Positions 1 to 12,320 of a stretch of DNA of 28,426 nucleotides are shown piece after piece. Positions within the stretch are counted from its first letter, which is position 1, and the number at the start of each line of letters is the position of its first letter. The translations under genes were made by a program, and so were the position numbers. The notes below the pieces were generated by a model, which had not been told where the DNA came from, did no database searches, and was given only the letters and a program-made list of their open reading frames with translations. Location: the NCBI GenBank assembly GCA_963693365.1, contig CAVNZM010000009.1, forward strand, positions 9,570,546 to 9,598,971. The letters run 5' to 3'. The stretch comes from Amoebidium appalachense (Eukaryota > Protista > Ichthyosporea).

Positions 1-134
1 GCATAAGACTTTTCTCTTAGCGAGACGGCTTTGAAAAACTTCTTGGTACTAGATGAGCTTGTAGTCATATGATGACAAGAGCATAAGACTCTTCTCTTAG
101 CGAGAAGGCTCAAGAGAGACTCTTGTAATATGAG
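1..134. repeat. Two copies of an ~80-bp direct repeat (window edge)
   Basis: gcataagactYttctcttagcgagaMggct starts at 1 and again at 81. Confidence 0.8.
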
Positions 135-147
135 GATTACCCATTCA

Positions 148-411
148 CCTTGCGCACAGGTACACAGTACCAAGCAAGCTTAGTCAAATCGCCTTACACA
201 CATGTATACAGTACCAAGCTAGCTTAGATAAATTACTTTGTGCACAGGTACACAGTACCAAGCAAGCTTAGTCAATTCGCCTTGTGCACAGGTATACAGT
301 ACCCAACGAACTTAGTCAAATAGCCTTGCGCACAGGTATACAGTACCAAGCTAGTTTAGGCAATTCACCTTGTACACAGAGATATCCTCCCAAGCTTGTG
401 TAGGCAATTCC
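148..411. repeat. 44-bp minisatellite, 6 copies
   Basis: Units start at 148, 192, 236, 280, 324, 368; consensus about ccttgYgcacaggtaYacagtaccaagcWagcttagtcaaWtcg; the last unit is degenerate; no spacers. Confidence 0.95.
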
Positions 412-457
412 TCCCCCTTATAAATATGTTAATAACAATTAAAGATTTATATTAATC

Positions 458-945
458 CCAATTCTTGATCTGCTAAAACTCCGATTTTCAGATTAGTCAC
501 GTCTGTATACAGAAATTTTAAACCAATTTACCCTTATTTTCCCTTATAAATTGCCTAAACTGGAGCCCCGCGAAAGTTCCGTAGGCTTCCGTAGGTACCA
601 AATTCTAATCTGTTTAAACTCCAATTTCAGATTCATCACATCTGGGTTTGGAAATCTTAAACCCGTTTACCCTTATTTTCCCTTAAGAATCATATAAAAT
701 CCATAATTTAGAATTCCTGCTCAGCTAAAATTACAAATTTCCAGATCGTCACTCCCGAAATTTGACATTTCGACATCTTCTGTGTTTAGGATTTTAAACC
801 TATTTACCCTTATTTTCCCTTATAACTCTATCAATAACCATTTAAGGTTACGATAAAACCTAATTATGATATGCTATAATTGCAAATTTCCAGATCGTCA
901 CTCCGGAAGATTGACATTTTAACATTTTCTGTATTTAGGATTTGT
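458..945. repeat. Degenerate ~140-bp AT-rich tandem repeat array
   Basis: tttacccttattttccctta recurs near 527, 666 and 803; aaatttccagatcgtcactcc recurs near 735 and 884. Confidence 0.8.
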
Positions 946-1090
946 ATTTTCATCTTATATAGTGACGGAAGCTTCAAGTAAGAGTAGAGAGAGAGGGGGC
1001 GAGATGAAATAACTAGACTGGGCCCCAAATGTCATTGGAAGAACAATCGGGAAATCCCGCGGTGTGACAACCAATCAGAATGAAGCAATA

Positions 1091-1463
1091 TTGGGATATT
1101 CGGGTTGGTTGTAAGGTTTTCCGGGTCGGGCCGAAGGCCCTAACGGGCCGCAGGCCCGCCTATTGGGCCGCCAGGCCCTGCCTGGGGCCCCGGGGCCCGG
1201 GGGCCCCGGCCCGGCCCGCGAGCCACCCCGGCCCGGCCCGGCCCGCGGGGCCCGGCGCCGGGGTTAGCAGCAGCTGCTAACCCCGGCGCCGGGCCCCGCG
1301 GGCCGGGCCGGGCCGGGGTGGCTCGCGGGCCGGGCCGGGGCCCCCGGGCCCCGGGGCCCCAGGCCTGGCGGCCTAGGGCCTGGCGGCCCAATAGGCGGGC
1401 CTGCGGCCCGTTAGGGCCTTCGGCCCGACCCGGAAAACCTTACAACCAACCCGAATATCCCAA
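1091..1463. repeat. 373-bp GC-rich near-perfect palindrome (foldback element or hairpin)
   Basis: 1091-1271 is the reverse complement of 1273-1463, apart from a 10-bp extra segment (ctggcggcct) in the right arm; centre gcagc-a-gctgc at 1272; ends ttgggatattcgggttggttgtaagg...ccttacaaccaacccgaatatcccaa. Confidence 0.95.
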
Positions 1464-2744
1464 AAAGCGATATGTGCAGGTACATGCTCACGGTTCTTGC
1501 TTACGTGTCTTCTATCACGTGTACATACTGGTTGCACGATCCCTTAGAGGCCGTGTTCCAGTGCACACGTGTTTTCGTGGCTATTTAAGTAACAGGCGAT
1601 CTTGGGGCACTTCAGGTCTCACCTTAATTTACCCAAAATGACGGTGGTGCTACTGTACTGTCACGCTACAAGACAACACGATACTTGTTCTTGTGCCCAA
1701 CGTGTGTGTGTTGTCACAACACGCTTTGAATAAATACCAAGAGGGCAGGTCCAAAAGTGTACCAGACGAACGTGATTCCCTTCTCCACCTGTGTGACGCC
1801 TGTTGTAAGTTGCGGTTCATCAGCTGCGGTGTCAGCTGAACTGGAACAAGTTTCTCCACGTCTTCTGGCTGTGTTCGCTGATCCAAAAATGCTTCGTGGG
1901 ACCGTCGGAGATGTTGCCAGACGTACCCCCCCTCCCCCCTCCCCCCCCCCCCCCCCCCCCTCCCCCCCCTTCTTCCCTCAATCCGTCCAACCACCCCACA
2001 CACCGCCACCCATCGACCCCTTCTTGCCCCATACTTGGCGTGTTTTCTCTCTTGCACGTCCACAGGATGTTACCCTGGTGAAAAAAGTTTTCATACTGTG
2101 TAACCCCACTTCACCAGCACCAGCACCACCACCCAACTGTTTCTCGCAAAGGCACTAGTTCTCCCCGTTCATTTACTCTGCTTGTATTCAGCTTTGCTCT
2201 GTCTCTTTTTTCTGCTTTGGAAAATCGCCTCTGTGGTCCGCTTCAAAAGTTTTTCCACAAAGCTTCTATCTCACCCCGGTTATTAGCTGCGCAACGGTGT
2301 ACACACAACACAACCTGGTGCACTTTGATTACTTTTCCCTTTATGTCCGGTTCTCCGGCGGAGCACATTGTCTTTTTTGTTTCGGTAAATATGCTTAAGT
2401 TCCTAACGTTTCAACTTTAACAACACTGACTTCACAGGACTCCTGCCAGCAGGCCTGCCTTCTCCGAGTATGATCAGTGGGTTGTGTGTGGGTGCCCAGC
2501 TGTCCAGACGCGGGGGTGGCCTCCTCTCCGCTGCACAGCTTAGTTCAGGTCTGTGCTTTAGAAATGAGAGAACAGATCGAATTAATGAAAAGGATATATG
2601 GCTTAAAGAAAGTATTTGTCTTGTGTGTCTTAAGTGCCACAGGCCAACTTGCAACTTGTTAATTACAGTCGAACACTTTAGCTCCGTTGTTGTGAAACTG
2701 ATTATTTTGTTTTTGCTGACATACTCGTACTTTGGAACACACAG

Positions 2745-4796
2745 GACTCTCCGACAGCGACAAACCATGGTGGTACGGGCTCAGAGAGGGCCGCATCCGC
2801 ATGGAGGTGAGTGGTGTGTTCTCTAAGCCTTGACGAGCTGTTGCTAACTAACCTCGGCACCACCAATTGTTGGTCTTATTAGGGAGGGGGGGGGGGGGGG
2901 GGGTACCACTGTTTTTTTTTTACACGTTGAGTTAACCTGTATTGCTGGCAACTAACCGTTTTTTACTACAGGCGGCCCGAAGTTACTTGCTGCCAAATGG
3001 AGAGTTGCGTCAAGTCCCGTGTTTTGTTGTGGATGGAAGAGAAAAAATCCTGCAACTACACATCCCTCAGGCTGTCGTTGTGAAGGCACTGGCTGGTGGG
3101 TGGTTTGCTTTTGTTGTTGGTTCTCCTTGATCACTTCCCTTTCCGACTCGCTCTGCATTTTCCGCAACACACTTGCACTCGAGGGAAAATAATATGTGCA
3201 ACACACAGCATGCCTCGAGCATAGAAACGTAAGCACGGAATTTTGTGCATTCCCCTACTGCACCCATAGGGTGGGATCACACGATTCATGCACACGTGGC
3301 ACTGTGCACGTGCATGGAGACTCCCATTCCTATTACCCGGACCAACACTTGTTGGTTGTCCTGTTTCCCTAACCTAATAATGTCGGTACCCTTTTCCGTG
3401 TCTTATTTAACCTAGAGCCAATAACACTCACACGTACACAAATATGTGGGTGCTCTTTTACACAATGCCAAGCACATGTGAACATAAACATATACTAGGT
3501 TCTGCCCCCTGACCTCCCCCTGCGGGAGATTAACCAGCATACTAGTGGTTGTTTTGTATGTATGTGTTATTCTTCCGTAAAACGTCTCTCGTTACCCTGT
3601 CGTGCGGACAAACTCTTTCTCATGAACACGGATTGGATGTCTATGTCTAGGCTCTTGTCGTCGTGCTGTGCTGTTGACCCCCCCCCCCCCCCCCCCCTTT
3701 TTTTTTTTTTTTTTTGGGGGGGGGGGGGGGGGGAGGGGGGGATAACCAGTATAAAAATGTTTGACTTTGGCCTGATGTACGCACATTAACCTTCTTAGGC
3801 CACCACTCTACCTCACATTCAATTTCATAGAGGGCTGGACACTGTGATTTGCTCGCGTGATTGTTTCAATTTATGATTTACGATGAGGCATGTTTTTGGC
3901 AGTTAGTGGACTACTCATTTTCTTAGTAGCTGGAGTTGACGTGTGTGAGTATTTGTCTGTGTTTGCATGCATGAACACAAGCGTTCGTATGTACATGGCT
4001 CTTTCTTTACTAGCTGCCTACTTTATGTATCCCTATGCTTGAATAACCCCCCCCCCCCCCCCCCCCCCCCTCCCCCTTCCCCCCTACATTACCTGAATGT
4101 TTTTGTTGCTCTGAAGAATATTTGACTTACTGCCCTTCTTTGGTGACGCTATTTTACATCCTCCCATTTCCAGAGAGGGCAGCAGAAGTTTGCATGCTAC
4201 TTATGCAGCTGTAGTGAAGCCATTCTGAAACAGTGAGTGCTACTGTACAGAAGCATGGCTGGACGCAGGTGTTGGGGTATTTTTGTAAATAGCGCACCAG
4301 GCGATTCTTCATGCATATTGACTCGAATACGCCCAGGTGCTGACGGCAACACTGCTTACGTGGAACCTGCTGAGGACCCTATGAATAACTGGGGCTACCG
4401 TCGCGTAAGTGTTTGCCTGAAATGGTCATCAAAGCAATGGGTGTCTCGCTTGATAAGAAGCAAGGCGAATAGTGCCCAGTGACTCATGGGCAGTGATGTT
4501 TCCATTATTTCCATCTATTGGTGCACACATGAAAGTAGCTGTTAGAGGGAGTGATGGCCTATCATACTAAAATAGCATAGATGCCAGGCAAAGTGAGGAG
4601 CAAAGATGGTTAAATATGGGTGGTGTTCATTGCAAATGAAATGCACGACTTCGGCACTTTAGCTTCACTGTGCATTGGTGCAGAAAGGAAAGATATCTAC
4701 TTGTATCTAGTTGCCAATCCTGTTACCTTTTTGGTCTCCCTCCTGATCCATTATTAATGGTGGGACATGGCCCTGGCCGCGGGGAGGGGGGAGGGG

Positions 4797-4835
<39 letters not shown>

Positions 4836-5284
4836 TGGAAGGTGTGTATTTCAAGATTAGCGGAGGTCCCACAGTGGGCACATTTTACTGTAATTCATTT
4901 TGAAAAGTGTAGTATAAATATATCGCCGACCTGCCAAATCTGGTAAAGATCGCGAAAGAGATATATAAAATCGATATACTTAAGTATATTGATTATATGA
5001 AAGGCCAAAAGATATACTTCGGAAGTATAGTTATCTTTTGGCCAGATCGAATTTGATTGGAGGCGAACGCACTGAATGCGCAATAAGATCGGGTCGGCCG
5101 TTCATCGCGCGATATACTTTTTATATACTAAACAAAAAGTGGTACTGTAAGATTGACCACATCAAACGAGATATACGTATACTATACTTTTCAAATTGTG
5201 TTATAGTAAAATGTATCTAGTGTCTCACTTTTGGGTTCAGGAGATCTATGTTGACCTGGATGACAGCGCTCGGAGGTAAGTTAA

Positions 5285-5315
<31 letters not shown>

Positions 5316-5586
5316 TTACAACAAAAAAACGCACTTGCACATGCACACACACATACAGACCTGCCCCCCCCCCGGGTGACCTACTCATGTTCAAGTGAAA
5401 CAGTATCTGAGTTGGGTTTCGTTAACGAGGGGAATAGGTCGAAACTCGGGTACTGTGGATGACGTGGGCCCCCCTGAGGATGGGCTCTGCTTATTATGCA
5501 TACTCTTTATGTATGGCTTGCATTCTGCATCGTGTTATCCGTTTGTTCTTGTGTACTTCGTACTTTTTGACGCATTCAAACCCCCC

Positions 5587-5617
<31 letters not shown>

Positions 5618-5779
5618 AAATAAAAAAAAAAAATGTGCGCATGTAGACAAATGCACACCATGATTTGCCAAAGTATATCATATGATATGCCTTGATAATT
5701 TGTGGGTGGAACTTTTTTTTTTTTTTTTTGTGTGTGTGTGTGTGTGTGTTTGTTTTGTATGTGTGTGTGTATGTGTTTG

Positions 5780-5814
<35 letters not shown>

Positions 5815-7413
5815 GTTACAGAGGGGGTTACAGGGAAACGTGGTGATAAAATGGGGGTGAAAGCACAAAAGTTTGCCTTCTGTTCCTGGCCTGGAGGGTT
5901 CTTGCGAAGGCCCTCTCCGACACTGTGCCTGTGTTGTTTTGCACGCTAGTTGCAATCGAGACACGTCACTTCTATGCACTGATATATGGTCCATACCGCG
6001 GCAGGAAGTTCTTGTTCTTTCTCCACTGTTTTAACAAAAGAATGGAGCAGGGCTTTCGAGGCACTTGTCAAACCCCTGGAGGGCGCATTCAAGAAATATC
6101 TGCTGCAGAACTGGGAGATGTATGACCGTTTCAAGGCCACCATTGAGGTATGGGGCACCAGAAATGTTATCCCGAGCCTGTAATATTATGCTCGACTTGA
6201 GGATCGACGTGAGGGTGGCAGCCTCAACATTTCTTTATGATCAGATTGTAGAAGTGATGATACGAGCCATTGATGGCAAATGTGTTGTGCTGTTGTAGCA
6301 AGGGCAGTTGTTCCTTGTAAGCTGATGTGTGGCACAAGCTGGGGGCCAAGCGTACCTGGCCCCAACATCGTTTCATGATATCTTTGACCGGAATCAACTG
6401 CTCACTTTGAAGTCTGCACTAAACCAACAACCGGTCTCTGATCTTAGCAGTTGTGCTGCGAGCGCACTCGAGAGCCACACTTCTCAGATGTCTCTCACTA
6501 ATCACGAGGCAATTAAATTGTGTAACATTGCCGAGGTCGATGATCTTCGACACACAATTTTTCGTCTTTTTCAGACTGGCCACCAAAACGGCTCCATGAC
6601 ACAATTGTGCACAGAATGGTGTCATTAACCTGGCTTGCCGCCCTGCCGCTAAATGGGAGAACATGTGGTCAGTTTGATGGGCAATGGTCCACATCTGGGG
6701 TTTACTCTGGTAGTCCTAATGATGGTTTTGCAGGCCGACATACTGGCACACCCTGAAGCACCACTTCAAGAGCTCCTGTCCCGCCGTATGCTGCGGTGTG
6801 GCTCCCCACAGATTTCTCCAACTCTGGAAAAGCTTTCGGGTACGACCTAACCCAGATTTCAAACCTCCCAACACTTGTATACATGCCTTGATGCTAAGTT
6901 ATGATTATTTAATGCATTTGTAGCTTGAAATCTTCACAGGCACCTATTTGCATAACGACCCATAACCCCACCGTGTAAATGCTTTCGATTATGGTGGACA
7001 CTAGCAACTAGCGACATTACTTTTGCAGCTGTACGTTTAGGTTGGATAAATAGTGAGATGAAGAAAAGTAGATGTAAAAAACAATGATTGATGCGCTCCA
7101 ACTCCTTTTGCTTCCCCACCGTCAACATTTTGTTGTCGCTCTGACTGGTAACCATGTTTCAATTTGGCCAAGACGGATTGACTTCTTTGTTTCCGTTATG
7201 TGGGACTTGTTTGTTCCGTTATATGGATGGGATGGGAGCCGCAACCAATGATCCAAAATGGAGTTGAAACCCATCCCTGTGTGGAAGCATGAGATCAATC
7301 TCTTTGATAATTGATTTTGTTCCAGATTCTTCTGCCTGCACAAACATTTGTCATTTGAGGTGGTGTTGGTGTGGTTTTAGGATGTCTGTGCATCCCCGCT
7401 TGCCATCTTTTCA

Positions 7414-7446
<33 letters not shown>

Positions 7447-7590
7447 ATAATAAGAATAGCAAAAAAATAATTAATTCAAAAATAAAAAATGAATAATAGG
7501 ACAAAAGTGATAGTATTACGTTTTGATAATGTTTATTTTTTATTTTTTATGGATAGTAGTACCTGTGTTGTCTGTCTGCAATTTGTTGAA

Positions 7591-7660
<70 letters not shown>

Positions 7661-8175
7661 CAAACAATAGAAATAAAACAAAAATGAGGAAAAATAAAAG
7701 TAAAACTAAGTGAATGATAGCACTACACATTTATAAATAGCAGAACTTGTTCTTGAACAATAACCAACTTGTCAGTTCTTTGGCTGTCCGCTCTTTTGCC
7801 GTTTTCTCCCTGTCCTGCCCTTCCTTTTAGATCTTTAAAGTTAACTCTTTACCCCTGTTGGCGATTGGTACATACTTACAACACTCACAATCAAACAGAT
7901 ATTGCAGGCGGCAGCGTTTCTGATTACATCTACCTCTACAACCAGATGTTCACGCTCTTTAAAACAACAAAGAAGTTTGAGAAGATCAAGTTCCCGAGCC
8001 CGTTTTACCTCAAAGTATGTGTTGTTGGAAGTAATAGAAGGATACGATAGTGTTCATCTTTGTGATGTGTAATGACACTTCAATTGGTTGGCAGTGCGGG
8101 CGGTGTTCGTTTCTGATTCACTTTCTCCTGTTTTTTTAAATTTTTTTTCCTTCTCCTTGATATTTACCCCCCCAT

Positions 8176-8206
<31 letters not shown>

Positions 8207-8329
8207 GTTTTGCCCAGAACCTCCCGCCGCACACATACATACACGTGCTTCTCGATTAAGCTTGTGTGTGTGTGTCTCTCTCTCTCTCTCCTCTACATAC
8301 ACGTGCTTCTCGATTAAGCTTGTGTGTGC

Positions 8330-8368
<39 letters not shown>

Positions 8369-8823
8369 TGTGTGTGTTTGTGTGCTTCCCTTTTTTTTTG
8401 TTTGGCGGGGGGGGGGGGGGGGGGGGGGGGAGTGTCCGGGAAAGCAGAGAGATCAGAGAGCAGGCTGGGAGGGAAGGGGGGGGGGAGGGGGGGAGAGAGG
8501 GAGAGGGAGACTGAGACTTTTGCTTTTTTTTTATATCTTTTTTGTGGTTTTTTTTTTTTGGTTTTTTTTGCTGTGTGTGGAGAGAAACTCTAAGACTTTT
8601 GAGAGAGAGTGTGTGTGTGTGTGTGTTTTTTTTTTTTTTTGTTTTTTTTGGGGGGGGGGGGGGGGGGGGAGACCAGAGAGACTCTGAGACTTTTTTGTGT
8701 GTGTTTTTTTTTTTTTTTTTTTTTTTTTGGGGGGGGGGGGGGGAGGGGGGGAGGGGGGTTGTGTGTGGAGAGAGACTCTGGAGACTTTTGTGTGTGTGTG
8801 TGTGTGTGTGTGTTTTTTTGTTT

Positions 8824-8855
<32 letters not shown>

Positions 8856-9039
8856 GGGGGGACATGGACACATGTGATTTGAAGAGTAAATGTCTTGTGC
8901 TTTTACCACAGAGGTATGAGGAGACTGGAGCAGGGCCATTGGCAAAAATGAAAATTTTTGACGAGAAGGGCAACCTTGTGCCCGAGACCAAGATCAATCC
9001 TCTTGAGGTTGGGGACGTTGTTTCTGTTCATGCACATGT

Positions 9040-9075
<36 letters not shown>

Positions 9076-10410
9076 CCTTCCTCCCTCCCCGGGCACAGGG
9101 GTGTCGAACAACGCACCAGACACCAATACATGCAATGCGCTCTTTTTACTCATCCTTTTGGTTATTCTGATTCAATATGTGCATTGTTCGAAGCTCATGT
9201 TTGCACACCACGAGTACGAGATCGAGCCCTCAGTCACCCAAGAGTTTTCTTGGCGTGTGCGTACGGGCCTATACTGCTGTTGTGATTGGTTGCAGTTAAA
9301 TAAGAATGTGTGCCTGCAGTGATTGTGGGCTAGACTAGCGCGTTAACACACTCGACACTATCATACAGGCACACATGCACACCCTTTGATGTCAACTTGC
9401 ATCCCTCTTCCCTGGCAGTTCGTATGCATGCCAGGCTTGCACCTGTGCACTTAGAACGCTAGTAAGATACAATAAACCGCTCTATGAGTGCTTTGCTGGA
9501 GGACTTCATCTTGTTTGCCCCTCCGGCCTTGAAGCTTAGATGAATCAAAAAAATGTGGCTGTTAGTTTCAGAAAGAGCTTGTAGAGAGACACTGGAATGG
9601 CACAACACATTGGTTAGACATGCTCCTTTATGTTGGTAGCTAACAATGTGGGCACTCCAACAGGTAAAACCGCATGTTGGCAGTGGAGGGGCATGCCTTA
9701 TGCTTTTGATGAAGAAGGTTCACATCATCAGGCGCAAGTAATATATGGGGATCTTTTGTGTCCTTCAAGGAATCTACCAGCACATATATATCCACGGCAT
9801 AGAATTTCCACTACTGTTACGTTCCTGGGTTTCCTGTGTGCACTCTGAGATTCTGTGGCGGCCTGCAAGTCCCACCTCCACTATATTAGTGATCTTGTCG
9901 TATCCTGCTTGGGGCTATGATCCAACAAATGGCAAAATGTAGGCTTCAAAACGGACTGTCTTTACCATTATACGTGATTATTTGATGGCAAATTGCTTGA
10001 TAATGCATATGACGTCGATGATTTGACTGTTATATACGAAAGGCCTTCTTGTGAATGGATTGATGTTAGTTGGGTTGCCATATTGTAGTGTACATTTGGA
10101 CGAATCAATGCAAGCATCCTCTATAAGGATTTTTCTTGCCCGAATTGGCAGCTGCTACCCGAATTCCTGCTGCGCAATCGGCAGGCTGTGTTTCGTTGAG
10201 CCCATGTCAGTGTCTTCACATCCATTGTACATGACATTGTGTGTACATGTGTACACTCGTAAGTGCACGTGTGTCTGTGACAAAGTGTACATGTAACACG
10301 ATCACGCGCGCAACTGCCTGGCACACCTGCAGTCCTGCATGCACTCGTGCACACCGTGACTCAATTGAATGAATGTGTATGTACACATGCAAGTTATTGG
10401 GAACAGTGGC

Positions 10411-10448
<38 letters not shown>

Positions 10449-11332
10449 CCCCGCTCTCCCTCTCTTCCCCCGTCTTGGGACCACCACCGTCGGACCGGAA
10501 TCACCATCACCACGTCACAAAGAATTCCGTCTTCTGACAGGCCTCGTCAGGAGATGGGGTAGGTACCCACATGAAGATGCAGCCAAACCCCCCCCTCCTC
10601 CCCCCCCTGTTGTTGTACACATCTATGCGCAAGTAAGCCTTTAAAGTTTACAAGTAGGTCTGTGCGCCGGCGCCAAAACATAACGAGACAGTTATTGATG
10701 TTGGTTGTGTGGTTGTTACCTCCCTCTCCCCCCCCCCCCTCCCTGCCCCCCCCCCCCCCCCCCCCCCGCCTCACGCCTTCCCCCCCCCCCCCCCAATCCT
10801 GCAGTTGCCGGATCTGCCAAATGTTTTGACCCTTTTCCCTTTCATTTACCCCCCCCCCCCCCCCCCCCCCCCCCCCTTTCTTGCCACACTGTGTTATCAG
10901 TCTAGGGAGAGATTGCCATTGCCGAAGTACCAAGTTTACTTGTGGTCCTCCAAAAACATGTAGCTGAAAACCACCAAGTGCAATATGTTCTAAATTGCTT
11001 GCAAAAAATTTATAATATTTTTATTATCTTGTTGTTTTACTTGTGCACGTTTTACAGAACTGTTTGGTAACCCGATGATATGCATGGGCAGGCAATAAAA
11101 CTTTCCACGTGCACTGAGTGCCAGGTGGGCAACAAATTTATCGCTCTTTGGGAGCTTTGGCAGGATACCTTTCTCCTGCTGTACGTATGGATACCACCCT
11201 AGTAGATAAGTCTGTATGGTGCTCTGATGTTGATATTGCCTGGGAAGTTGTGCAGTGGCGTTGTAATTCTTGTTTTCATCGCCGCTGGTGCCACTTTTGT
11301 GCTGAACTTTTTAATCGCAAGCATGTTGATAG
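2745..11332 (+). pseudogene. Degenerate multi-exon gene of unknown function
   Basis: Small AG/GT-bounded exons with compatible phases: 2745-2806 + 2972-3095 (SDKPWWYGLREGRIRME|AARSYLLPNGELRQVPCF..; branch point actaac at 2951); ..4404 + 5241-5275 (NNWGYRR|EIYVDLDD); 7899-8014 + 8912-9007 + 9099.. (FPSPFYLK|RYEETGAG..NPLE|GCRTT); 10128..; ~11164-11332 (CNSC..CHFC). Several in-frame TGA codons. The full exon chain is not resolved and could be more than one gene. Confidence 0.55.
4881..5213. mobile_element. MITE, Tc1/mariner-like (CA..TG ends), inside intron 4405-5240
   Basis: ~46-bp imperfect TIRs: 4881-4926 cattttactgtaattcattttgaaaagtgtagtata.. versus the reverse complement of 5168-5213 cattttactataacacaatttgaaaagtatagtata..; TA follows the right end, CA precedes the left end; AT-rich, non-coding, with internal palindromes. 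Confidence 0.8.
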
Positions 11333-11620
11333 GTGTGAGTTTTTATGTCACGTTTTACCCCTTTTCCTACGGGTGTCTGCTACACTAGCTGGCAATGTGA
11401 ACACTTTAGACTTCTTGTTGAATTCTGTTGGTCGTCACATTGAGTATTTATATGATTTTCACACAGTGTTCAGGTATCTCAGTATGCACTTGTTACTGGC
11501 TAACTCGTGAAGTTTTTATTGTCTTCTCAGTATGCCGTGCATACTTGCTTATCTTTCCGTCGAATAAATCCAGTCAAAAGCAAAAAAGAAAAAAAAAATT
11601 CAGTGAAGTCTGGAATTGGC

Positions 11621-11663
<43 letters not shown>

Positions 11664-11665
<2 letters not shown>

Positions 11666-11693
11666 ATGGCCATATGTGTTGAACCGCGCAATT
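11664..11693 (+). repeat. Left inverted repeat (candidate TIR segment)
   Basis: atatggccatatgtgttgaaccgcgcaatt; 24/30 identical to the reverse complement of 21171-21200. Confidence 0.6.
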
Positions 11694-12320
11694 AGGGAGC
11701 GGCTGCGGGACTGTCTGCCATATTGGTCAATCCGATCAAGCCGTTTTTTGGAGGAGGGTAATGAAAATTGATTCAGACCTAGTTAGCCGGCGCCGCGGGA
11801 TCAGCCCATTATCCAATGATATTGTGATCAATAAAGCGGGGGCAAAAAAAGCATTGATTTAGGAATGTTATATGTGACCTGATAAAAGGCCATCTTTCGC
11901 ACCACATGTTCGAAAACATAAATGTATTAGCCAAAGGTTTGTATTATTTGCATAGCAAAGTTAATTACTTTATTTTTGCAATATATATATTTTTTAGGAC
12001 TGGTATTCAGTCTGCTTTAAACTTGGCAATTGTAAAGCTGAACAGTGTATCTTTGGTACAAGTCAAGATCTTGTACAACGTACATGTACATATATACAAT
12101 ATCCTGCTTGTGCAGTCAGAAATTGCAGTATTATCAATGTAATAATAAATTTTTAGGCAGCTGCATTGGAGAAATGTGCTGCTTTCAGTCGACAACCTAC
12201 ACGCAGCTCTGCCCTAGAAGCCCGGCGTGTTCCGATCAGCAGACGACGACGCAGCCTCGACTCGCGCTCGCCTCCAACCGTCCGGCCAGGCAGTAACGTT
12301 TATGTGAAAATATGCTTTAC

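Noticed and set aside
148-411. CRISPR-like periodicity
   Set aside because: Contiguous units with no unique spacers, no cas genes, eukaryotic context.
1083-1473. aagcaatat / aagcgatat as a 9-bp TSD of the palindrome
   Set aside because: One mismatch, and not flush with the palindrome ends.
1080-1641. Three Pro/Gly/Arg-rich ORFs
   Set aside because: By-products of the GC-rich palindrome.
8236-8330. Short tandem duplication acatacacgtgcttctcgattaagcttgtgtgtg
   Set aside because: Local duplication in a low-complexity intron; no sign of function and possibly an assembly effect.
11462-11468. CACAGTG (RSS heptamer) near the left end of the element
   Set aside because: No nonamer at 12 or 23 bp and no inverted partner found on the right; a 7-mer is expected by chance (another occurs at 4870).
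1757-11695. Poly-Pro, poly-Gly and poly-Phe ORFs that look like formins or extensins
   Set aside because: They derive from homopolymer runs, open in several frames and on both strands.
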